Below, piece by piece: positions 37,167 to 45,060 of a stretch of DNA of 64,000 bases. The notes beneath the pieces were generated by a model that saw nothing but the letters and a program-made list of their open reading frames with translations, made no database searches and was not told where the DNA came from. The stretch lies in the NCBI GenBank assembly GCA_045803545.1, contig JBJMOW010000004.1, positions 96,001 through 160,000 of the forward strand, read 5' to 3'. This DNA is from Gemmatimonadaceae bacterium. Lineage in GTDB: Bacteria; Gemmatimonadota; Gemmatimonadetes; Gemmatimonadales; Gemmatimonadaceae. Each line of letters starts with the position of its first letter. Positions within the stretch are counted from its first letter, which is position 1. The position numbers were made by a program, and so were the translations under genes.

Positions 37167-37586
37167 GTGCGACGCGCGTTTAGCGCAATCGAATTGACGA
37201 TTGTCGTTGGTATCCTCAGCGTTCTCTCCGCCATCGCCATGCCAGCGGTGACGCGATTGCTCGACCGCGTGCGAGTGCGCGCCGCAGTTACCGAGATCGA
37301 ATCGTTATTCGCAACGGCCAGACACGCCGCAATCGCGCGCGGCACACCTGCCAGTGTCGAGATCGATACGGCAGGACGATCGATTTCAGTGACACTCGAT
37401 CGCGATACGCTGCGAAAAGGCATGCTGGGTACCGAACACGGAATTGAGCTCGCGACAAACCGGAGCAGCATGACTTATTCACCCACCGGCGTTGGCTACG
37501 GCGCGGCAAATCTCAGCGTCGTCGTCCGAAGGAGCGCGGTCGCCGATACTGTCGTGGTTTCGCGTCTGGGCCGGGTTCGGCACTGA
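37167..37586 (+). CDS. GspH/FimT family pseudopilin
   Basis: RRA-FSAIELTIVVGILSVL N-terminus, ARHAAIARG, C-terminal VSRLGRVR; SD aaggag. Confidence 0.82.
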   Translation: MRRAFSAIELTIVVGILSVLSAIAMPAVTRLLDRVRVRAAVTEIESLFATARHAAIARGTPASVEIDTAGRSISVTLDRDTLRKGMLGTEHGIELATNRSSMTYSPTGVGYGAANLSVVVRRSAVADTVVVSRLGRVRH

Positions 37587-38829
37587 CGTCCTGCTTGGCC
37601 GGAAGATCGGCGACAGTGGATTCAGCCGTCACGGGCACCACCGCTTCTGTGGTCGTACCGAAATCGAAGCCGGGAACGGAGATGCGTGGAATCTGCTGGC
37701 CGATGGTTCGTTCGATGGCACGCACCATCGAAATTTCGTCGGGTGACATGAAGGTGAACGCATCGCCCGTCGCCGCGGCGCGGCCCGTGCGGCCGATGCG
37801 GTGAACGTAGTCCTCCGGTTGCTGCGGCACATCGTAGTTGATGACGTGCGAGATGCCGGAGACATCGAGTCCACGTTGCGCGATATCGGTCGCCACCAAC
37901 ACTCTGATCTTGCCGGCTTTGAAATCCTCCAGCGCGCGCGTACGCTCGCCCTGTGACTTGTCGGCGTGCATTGCAGTCGCGCTGATGCTTTCGTCATCGA
38001 GATGCCGAACGACCCGATCAGCGCCGTGTTTGGTACGAGTGAAGACGAGCACCGAGTCCATTTCGGGCCGCTTGAGCAACTGTACGAGCAGCTGGCTTTT
38101 CCGATCGCGCGGAACGGGATAGACGGCGTGGGTCACAGTACTCGCCGCTTCACTGCGACGGCCAACTTGTACGACTACGGGCTTGCGCAGGTATTTGCGG
38201 GCCAGCGCCTCGACTTCGGCCGGCATCGTCGCGCTGAACAAGAGCGTCTGGCGATAGCGCGGAATCTCTTCCACGATGCGATTGAGCTGTGGTGCGAATC
38301 CCATGTCGAGCATGCGGTCAGCTTCGTCGAGCACCAGCACTTCGAGATCGTCGAAGGTAACGTTGCCACGCTCGATGTGATCGATCAGACGACCCGGTGT
38401 CGCTATTACCACATCGACGCCACGACGCAGCTCGCGCGATTGGGGCTCGAGCCCCACGCCTCCGAAAATCGGAACGACACGCAGATCTGCGTACTTCGCG
38501 TATTTCCGAAAACTGGATTCCACCTGCGCCGTAAGCTCGCGTGTGGGTGTCAACACCAATACGCGCACCCGGTGCGCTGGCTCGCCGTCATTCGAGGATA
38601 GTGGGGCGGTGAGCAGATTATGAATGATCGGAAGCGTGAAGCCGGCGGTTTTGCCAGTTCCCGTTTGCGCCAATCCGATCAGATCGCGCCCCGTCATTGC
38701 CAGCGGTATCGCCTGGTGCTGGATGGGAGTTGGGTGCGTGTAGCCGGCGTCGCGGACCGCGTCGAGAACCTGGGGGGCGAGCTTCAGATCCATGAACGAG
38801 ACTGAGGCTTCCGGTATTTCTTCCATCAT
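37513..38829 (-). CDS. DEAD-box RNA helicase (RhlE-like)
   Basis: PTPIQ, AQTGTGKT, PTREL, DEAD, SAT, HRIGRTGR. Confidence 0.96.
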   Translation of the reverse strand: MMEEIPEASVSFMDLKLAPQVLDAVRDAGYTHPTPIQHQAIPLAMTGRDLIGLAQTGTGKTAGFTLPIIHNLLTAPLSSNDGEPAHRVRVLVLTPTRELTAQVESSFRKYAKYADLRVVPIFGGVGLEPQSRELRRGVDVVIATPGRLIDHIERGNVTFDDLEVLVLDEADRMLDMGFAPQLNRIVEEIPRYRQTLLFSATMPAEVEALARKYLRKPVVVQVGRRSEAASTVTHAVYPVPRDRKSQLLVQLLKRPEMDSVLVFTRTKHGADRVVRHLDDESISATAMHADKSQGERTRALEDFKAGKIRVLVATDIAQRGLDVSGISHVINYDVPQQPEDYVHRIGRTGRAAATGDAFTFMSPDEISMVRAIERTIGQQIPRISVPGFDFGTTTEAVVPVTAESTVADLPAKQDVSAEPGPDAKPRQYRRPRSFGRRR

Positions 38830-38851
38830 CACTCAATATATCCGCAACTAA

Positions 38852-39796
38852 CTAGCCTTCGACGCGCTGACTCGCTGTCGCCTCATTCCGTCGAGTGTCT
38901 CGATGCACACGGCCCAGCAAGTCCAGCAGGCCGGAGTTCACCTCCTCCGGCGTCTCCTCGGTGATGACGTGCCCTGCATCCCGGATCGGCCGCAGCTCGA
39001 TTCCTGGAATAAGCGGGACGTAGATCCTCATGCCCTCCTTCGGCATCAGATGGTCCAGGGTGCCCCACATTCCGATGGCCGGCACCAGCGCTTTCCTCAA
39101 TTCGCGAGTCCTTGCCGCCTTCCAATCGTACGCATGCAGCAATGCGCGTACGGCTCCGGCGTATTCAGGGAATTGCGATGGTGCGAGGTACTCAGCCAGA
39201 TCTCGCGCCGTGGGGCTTCCGCGTTTTCCGTACACCCGACGTAGAGCGATCTTCACAATTGTCGTCGGTTTGACGCGTCGCATCACCGGCAGAAGGAACG
39301 ATGGTGTAAGCAAACGATAGATCTTCATCAGCGGCACGCCCGTCAATCCGACCGGTGAAAGCAGTGCCAGCGCGCGTTGGCGATCCGGATGCCGGGCAGC
39401 GAAATGATAGGCAAGCGAGGCGCCGAGTGAGTGTCCAACCAGTGTCGGCCGATCCAACTCGAGAGCGTCGATCACTTCGCCCACGTGATCGATGAGCGAT
39501 TCTACTGTGTACTCGGAATCATTCTGCGGTTTGTCGGAGAGGCCGTGCCCCTTGAGATCGAATGCAAGCGCGCGAAAGCCGGCGGCAGTGATCGCGGGCA
39601 TGTTGGCTCGGTAGATGTACGCCGAGCATCCCCAGCCGTGGATCATCAGCACTGGCGGTGCTCCGCGATCACCACGCTCGACGACCCGAACGTTTATACC
39701 AGAGCGCAATCGCGGGTAGCTCACGCGATAGGCTGGATCACCGGCGGGAAACATTTCGCCAGGACGAAGGTAGTCTCGGCGACTGCGTCCGGTCAT
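38852..39796 (-). CDS. alpha/beta hydrolase
   Basis: IHGWG, DLKGHGLS, GHSLG nucleophile elbow, DAGH. Confidence 0.92.
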   Translation of the reverse strand: MTGRSRRDYLRPGEMFPAGDPAYRVSYPRLRSGINVRVVERGDRGAPPVLMIHGWGCSAYIYRANMPAITAAGFRALAFDLKGHGLSDKPQNDSEYTVESLIDHVGEVIDALELDRPTLVGHSLGASLAYHFAARHPDRQRALALLSPVGLTGVPLMKIYRLLTPSFLLPVMRRVKPTTIVKIALRRVYGKRGSPTARDLAEYLAPSQFPEYAGAVRALLHAYDWKAARTRELRKALVPAIGMWGTLDHLMPKEGMRIYVPLIPGIELRPIRDAGHVITEETPEEVNSGLLDLLGRVHRDTRRNEATASQRVEG

Positions 39797-39801
39797 CGCC
39801 T

Positions 39802-40935
39802 TCAGATCAATTCAATTTCTCTGCCGATGAGTCGGCCGATGAGTCCGATACGGAAGGTGACGTCGGTCCACTTCGATTCAACACCGCTGCCCTCATCGAG
39901 CGGAAACGACGACCACGCCCACGTGTTCGACGTTGTCGGCCGGTCCATGCCCTTGTGCGGGTGCCAAACGCCATTCCGATCGCGATCGTCGACAAAGCGC
40001 TCGAAGAGCTTCATCCAGTTATCGTTGCGCCGCAGGAAATTGAGACGGGCCATCGTCTCCAGCCACAGTAGCGCCAGTGGGACATCGGCCTCGACCGCGT
40101 TGCGATGTGGCAGCACGTCGCCGAGGATCAGGTGCGGCTGCGGCACCATCTTCTTGCCAAAGAGCTGGACGATTTCCTGCCGCGGTAACGGTTGTGTGAT
40201 CGCCTCGTAGATTCGCTCTACTTCACTGAAGTGCTCGTGGCGAAAAATCGGCATATAACCGAGCATCGTCAGCGTGAAGATCGAGACTGGCGCTGCCTCG
40301 GGCGCGAGCACGTGCGAATTGCCCACACGCATCCAGGGCTTCTCGCCCAAAGGTGAGCTTAGATACGAGATCGTCCGCTCGAGAATCCGGCGGGCTGCGC
40401 CGCGCAGCCGAGGATCGTTTTCATATCCCATCTGCGCAAGCGTCGCCGCGGCCGCCTCGCGAAACATTCCACGTGTGCGTCGAGTGATGTCCTCGTCCTT
40501 GACCTTGGTACCGAGCTCGAACGTGTACGTGGGATCGTTGTCTTCCGCCAGCAGGCGGAACAGGAGTCGCCGCGCGAGAATCAGTGGTGGCGAGTCATGC
40601 GCCCAGCCATACTCGAGCAGTCGGCGAACCGCCGGGATGGTGCCGATGTTCGCGAAATCAGAACCGTGCTTGCTGGGAGGCGACAGCACCGAGTTGTTCC
40701 ACATGCCGTCGCGCGACTGGGTGACCGCGAGTCGAATGGCGGATCGATGCGCGTACGGGAGTGCCGCAAGTTCTGGCGCAACTGGGCTCGCGGTTTGAGC
40801 CACTTCGGTGATTGCGCGGTACTTCACCGGCTCCGACGCGTGCTCGGTCAGCCAGCTCAACGGAAAGAAGAGCGGCTCGGCAGGCGATACAGGTAATGGT
40901 GACGCCAGTTCCGGGGTTGTACCAGGTACAGTCAC
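39802..40935 (-). CDS. hypothetical protein (possible alpha/alpha-barrel; QxxDGxW motifs)
   Basis: 377-aa ORF; QSRDGMW, DRNGVW, SKWTD. Confidence 0.7.
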   Translation of the reverse strand: MTVPGTTPELASPLPVSPAEPLFFPLSWLTEHASEPVKYRAITEVAQTASPVAPELAALPYAHRSAIRLAVTQSRDGMWNNSVLSPPSKHGSDFANIGTIPAVRRLLEYGWAHDSPPLILARRLLFRLLAEDNDPTYTFELGTKVKDEDITRRTRGMFREAAAATLAQMGYENDPRLRGAARRILERTISYLSSPLGEKPWMRVGNSHVLAPEAAPVSIFTLTMLGYMPIFRHEHFSEVERIYEAITQPLPRQEIVQLFGKKMVPQPHLILGDVLPHRNAVEADVPLALLWLETMARLNFLRRNDNWMKLFERFVDDRDRNGVWHPHKGMDRPTTSNTWAWSSFPLDEGSGVESKWTDVTFRIGLIGRLIGREIELI

Positions 40936-41087
40936 AGGTGGCGCTCAGAACGAGTTGGAGATGGCTCGTCAAAACCAGCCGCCGCATGAACCGGGCTGGT
41001 TAGCGCGGGGAAGAATAGCAGGTTTTCACCTAGGCGCTAGGGGATGGACGTTAAGTGTTTATTCTGGAATCACTTAGCTGCCTTCAG

Positions 41088-41241
41088 ATCTCGAAAACGA
41101 AAGTCGGGAGTTGGCAGACCGACAGGTTGGAGTTCGCAGTTTTCTTACGGCTGTAACTGGTGACATTCGCTCCGGACACGTGTATAACAACTGCTAACTC
41201 CAGACAGTTAACTGCGGACTGCCGACTTTGGTTTTCGAGAT
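41088..41241. repeat. 154-bp intergenic palindromic element
   Basis: 19/20-bp outer IR 41088-41107 vs 41222-41241; 13/14-bp inner IR 41128-41141 vs 41189-41202. Confidence 0.8.
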
Positions 41242-41318
41242 GTTAGCGCCCAACAGGTTCAGTCGAATCCGCGTATAACCCCCGGACAGTTCGTCCACAA
41301 CACAGATCAGGAGATAGG

Positions 41319-41720
41319 ATGAAGGTAGTTCGCATCGCCACGCTGGCTGCTGCCCTTTGCGTTGGCATGACCGCGGTCGCTTCCGCTCAGGGAACCCAAC
41401 CGCAACAGGGGCAGGAAGGCGGACGTCGTGGCGCCCGCATGGGCGAATGGCTGCTCAAGGATATCAATCTGACCGACGCCCAGAAGGATCAGATCAAGAC
41501 GATCCGCGAGAAGTACGTGCCGCAACAGATGGAGCTGCGCAAAGCGGCACAGGCGACTGGCTCAGTGGACGATGCTACCCGCGCAAAGATGGTGGATCTC
41601 CAGGACAAGCAGGCCGCTGAGATCCGCGCGGTTCTCACCGCCGATCAGCAGACGACGTTCGACAAGAATCTCGCTGCAATGAAAACAAAGATGGCAGAGC
41701 GCCGTAACGGCAGCAGCTAA
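41319..41720 (+). CDS. Spy/CpxP family periplasmic protein
   Basis: Signal peptide; two LTxxQ motifs (LTDAQ, LTADQ); SD aggag. Confidence 0.88.
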   Translation: MKVVRIATLAAALCVGMTAVASAQGTQPQQGQEGGRRGARMGEWLLKDINLTDAQKDQIKTIREKYVPQQMELRKAAQATGSVDDATRAKMVDLQDKQAAEIRAVLTADQQTTFDKNLAAMKTKMAERRNGSS

Positions 41721-42877
41721 CTCTCCGGGCGCGGCTCCAGGGCCGCGATCGTGTAGTTGCTCTTCGGGTTCCAGAGTATCCAGCTCGGGAACCCGTTGTC
41801 GTATCCGGCCTTCTTCTGCGCGCGAATGTGCTCGGCGTAGTAGTGCGGCGGGCCCAGCGTGAAGTCCTGATACCACGGAATTATTTTCGCCGCCCCGGTG
41901 ACGGGCTTGGTGCGCTCGAGGGCGTCCTTGAGCGCGTTATCGATTGTCTCGTACGGATGCGCGTTCGGATTCCGCAGCTTGTAGGTCCCGCGAGCGAAGT
42001 GCGACGGATAAACCATCGGTAGCACGACATCGACCTGGTCGACGAACATCTCCCACTTCTGGCCAATGCCCATGTCGGTCGTATCGGTAGCAGTCAGACC
42101 GAACACATCCGCGGTAACTCGCATCGGTAGTGTCTTGACGGCGCGACGGATGAATCCTAGCTGCTCGCGAATCACCTGTGCGCGGACTCTGCCATTGGCA
42201 AGCGGATAGGTCGCCTCACGCTGGAGTCTCTTCTCGTCCGGGAATCGCACGTAGTCGAACTGCACTTCGCTGAACCCGAGGTTATATGCCTCGCGCGCAA
42301 GATCAGCAGCGTACTGCCAGACCTCGCGATGGTGTGGATCGAGCCACGGATTCCCATTCTTGTCCAGCCACGGCTGGAGATCCGACTTTCGCTTGATTGC
42401 GAGATTCAGCTTTTTGCTCGCGAGTAGCGGGTCCTTGGCGACGACGATGCGGGCGATGGGGTAGATCCGATGCGCAGCGAGGGTGTCGAGCACGGCGCGC
42501 AGTTTCGCTCGAGACATCCAGTGACCGTCGGCGGTATCGGCGCCGATCTCGTGAGCGAGCGGGACATCGGATGGATAGAGCACGAACCCGCGATCGTCCT
42601 TCACATCGATCACCAGCGCGTTGACCTCGGTCTTTTTGGCGAGATCGATCAGGATTTTAAGCTTGCTGCCGAGCGCAGCCCAGCGATTGACGTAGAGTCC
42701 ACGCAGGGTATCGGGCGTAGGAACATGCACGACGGGCGGCGGGGCAGGCTTGGTTTCTTGCAGTGATTTACCGGGAGGTGGCGACGCGACGACTTGTTTC
42801 GCCGGCGGCGTTTGCGGAGGTTCGCATGCAACGCCGATAACTGCGATCACCGCGAGCGTTGCCAACGGAATGTTCAT
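41717..42877 (-). CDS. putative glycoside hydrolase lipoprotein (DUF4015-like)
   Basis: Lipobox GVAC; NALVIDVKDDRG, EVQFDYVRFP, PMVYPSH, PWYQDF. Confidence 0.85.
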   Translation of the reverse strand: MNIPLATLAVIAVIGVACEPPQTPPAKQVVASPPPGKSLQETKPAPPPVVHVPTPDTLRGLYVNRWAALGSKLKILIDLAKKTEVNALVIDVKDDRGFVLYPSDVPLAHEIGADTADGHWMSRAKLRAVLDTLAAHRIYPIARIVVAKDPLLASKKLNLAIKRKSDLQPWLDKNGNPWLDPHHREVWQYAADLAREAYNLGFSEVQFDYVRFPDEKRLQREATYPLANGRVRAQVIREQLGFIRRAVKTLPMRVTADVFGLTATDTTDMGIGQKWEMFVDQVDVVLPMVYPSHFARGTYKLRNPNAHPYETIDNALKDALERTKPVTGAAKIIPWYQDFTLGPPHYYAEHIRAQKKAGYDNGFPSWILWNPKSNYTIAALEPRPES

Positions 42878-42921
42878 TTTGCTGGCGCGACGGTTTTCGC
42901 CGCGACAAGGAGGACTGAAGC

Positions 42922-44928
42922 TCAGAGCGCGTTCAATTCAGCGTTGGCGTCAGAGAGATAGCTCATCTCTCTCACCACACTCTGGGCCTGCTGAGTGACC
43001 ATTGTCAGTCCGGTCGCCTGCGCGTTGAGCCCGCCAGTGCGGAAACGCACCAGCTCCAGTCGCATCGAGCGAAGTAGCTGACGACAGTGATCGAGCTTCT
43101 CCTGCGCCTCTTTCTTTTTTCTTCCGACATCGGCGAGCGCCCGGCGCTCGCGACGCAGCATCGCGAGCCGGCGCACCCTCTCCTCACTCGCCCGATAATC
43201 GAGCGGGTTGGCCTGCGCCTCGAGCGTCGTGATTTCTTTCTCGACGGACTCGGGACTTTCGCGATTGGTGCTGCGATCTAGGTCCTGCATCGAAAGTGCG
43301 AGCTGCTGCACCTTGCGGAAGACGGCGTCGGCAGAAGTCGCAACTTCAGGTATCTGCTCTCGGTCGTCCGGTGGCATGTTGAGCAACTGGCGATGGATCT
43401 CGCGATGATCGCTCTCTGCTTCGCGGATGGCCGAGCCGTAGCGGGAATCGCCGAACGCTGGCGGCGAGCCGGCGGGGACAGGGCTCAGACTCGTACTCGG
43501 GCCGCCCGTGCGCGGATACGGCTGAAACGGCTGCGCGGTCGGTAGCGGTGACATCGGCGTGAACAGTCCCTGCCCGCGCGCTCGCGCCCGACGCCGGACT
43601 TCCTCCCGCTTTTTCTCGTCAAACAACGCACGCGCATCGTCGATCGTCTCGGCAGCGACGTCGAAGATCAGACGATCGCGCGGCTGCCGAAATACGTCGC
43701 GCCAATCGTACCCGGCCGCCCAGAGCTTCGAATAGCGGAACGCGAGGAAGACCGTCCACATCACCGTCAGGGCGATGAAGTCGTGGTTAGAGAACAATGA
43801 TATCGGCACCAGGATCGCATTGACCGCCAGATACGGTGCGAGCTTGCGACGGAAGGAGACGACCATTGGCGCGTTCCATTTGCTCAACTCTTCCGGCGAC
43901 GGCTGCGACCCACTGTATCCGGCAGCGCTCGAACCCGTACGGCCGTAGCGTGAGGTGGCGTAGTCACGAACGCCTTGTTCGGCGTAGTCGCGGAAGTTCG
44001 TCGGCACTCCTCGATCGCGCGTTGGTTCCCGCGACGCAGGTAGCGATGCGCGCGTTGCCAGAGTCGGCATCGCACCGCCGCTCAGTGCCTGAGCGAATGC
44101 TGCCGCATTCGGGAACCGGTCCGCCGGATCCTTCTCGAGGCATATCATGACCGCTCGTCCGAGATCGGGCGGAATGTCGGGCCAGCGCTCGTCGACTGGA
44201 ATTGGACGCTCCGACAGATGCTTGACCAGCATCGATGGCGTGTTGCTGGCGACGAACGGCGGCTGTCCGCACAGCATTTGATAACCGACGACACCGAGTG
44301 AGTAGAGGTCGCTGCGCCCGTCGATGGCGCGATCACCCGCCGATTGTTCGGGCGACATGTACGCCGGTGTTCCAATCGCCATGCCTGTCGCAGTCAGGCG
44401 CGAATCGCCGCTATCCGTGAGAGCGCGCGCGATACCGAAGTCCGTCACCATCGCCCTGCCCGTTTCCTCATCGATGATGATGTTGTCGGGTTTGATGTCG
44501 CGGTGGATGACGTTGCGGTTGTGTGCGTAAGCGAGCGCTTCCGCCACTTCTTTCAGAATGCGCCTGACTTCCACTGCCGGCAGAGGTCCGTGCTGCTGAA
44601 GACGCACACCGAGGTTGTCGCCCTTGATGTACGCCATCACGAAGTAGACGAGATTGTCCTTCTCTTCGACCGTATAGATCGGAACGATGTTCGAGTGATT
44701 CAGCTGCGCGGCGGTCTCGGCTTCGCGGAGGAATCGCTGGCGAATATCAGCGCGGAAACTCAGCTCGGGGGGCAGGACTTTGATCGCGATTTCACGTTTC
44801 AGGCGTCTGTCGCGAGCGCAATACACGATGCCCATTCCGCCACGACCAACCTCGTCCTCTAGCTCATAGTTTGCAGAGAGGACCTGCGCGACGTGGGTGC
44901 CAAGTTCGTCTTCGGGCTTAATTGGCAT
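42922..44928 (-). CDS. Hanks-type Ser/Thr protein kinase with 2 TM helices and a coiled-coil tail
   Basis: GRGGMG, AIK, HRDIKPDN, DFG, GTPAYMSPE. Confidence 0.95.
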   Translation of the reverse strand: MPIKPEDELGTHVAQVLSANYELEDEVGRGGMGIVYCARDRRLKREIAIKVLPPELSFRADIRQRFLREAETAAQLNHSNIVPIYTVEEKDNLVYFVMAYIKGDNLGVRLQQHGPLPAVEVRRILKEVAEALAYAHNRNVIHRDIKPDNIIIDEETGRAMVTDFGIARALTDSGDSRLTATGMAIGTPAYMSPEQSAGDRAIDGRSDLYSLGVVGYQMLCGQPPFVASNTPSMLVKHLSERPIPVDERWPDIPPDLGRAVMICLEKDPADRFPNAAAFAQALSGGAMPTLATRASLPASREPTRDRGVPTNFRDYAEQGVRDYATSRYGRTGSSAAGYSGSQPSPEELSKWNAPMVVSFRRKLAPYLAVNAILVPISLFSNHDFIALTVMWTVFLAFRYSKLWAAGYDWRDVFRQPRDRLIFDVAAETIDDARALFDEKKREEVRRRARARGQGLFTPMSPLPTAQPFQPYPRTGGPSTSLSPVPAGSPPAFGDSRYGSAIREAESDHREIHRQLLNMPPDDREQIPEVATSADAVFRKVQQLALSMQDLDRSTNRESPESVEKEITTLEAQANPLDYRASEERVRRLAMLRRERRALADVGRKKKEAQEKLDHCRQLLRSMRLELVRFRTGGLNAQATGLTMVTQQAQSVVREMSYLSDANAELNAL

Positions 44929-45060
44929 GTCGCCGCGTCGAATCAGCAGTTTCCATGTTGCACTTCATGCCGGGCTGGCGTAAATCCACGAGAGCAAAAG
45001 ATGCAGTAAGGGAGGACCGTTCAGTAGTATCTAAATAAGGTCTTTGGCTTCGGAAGGACA

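Noticed and set aside
44959..44972. sigma54 motif upstream of the kinase
   Set aside because: Spacing is GG-N8-GC, not the required N10
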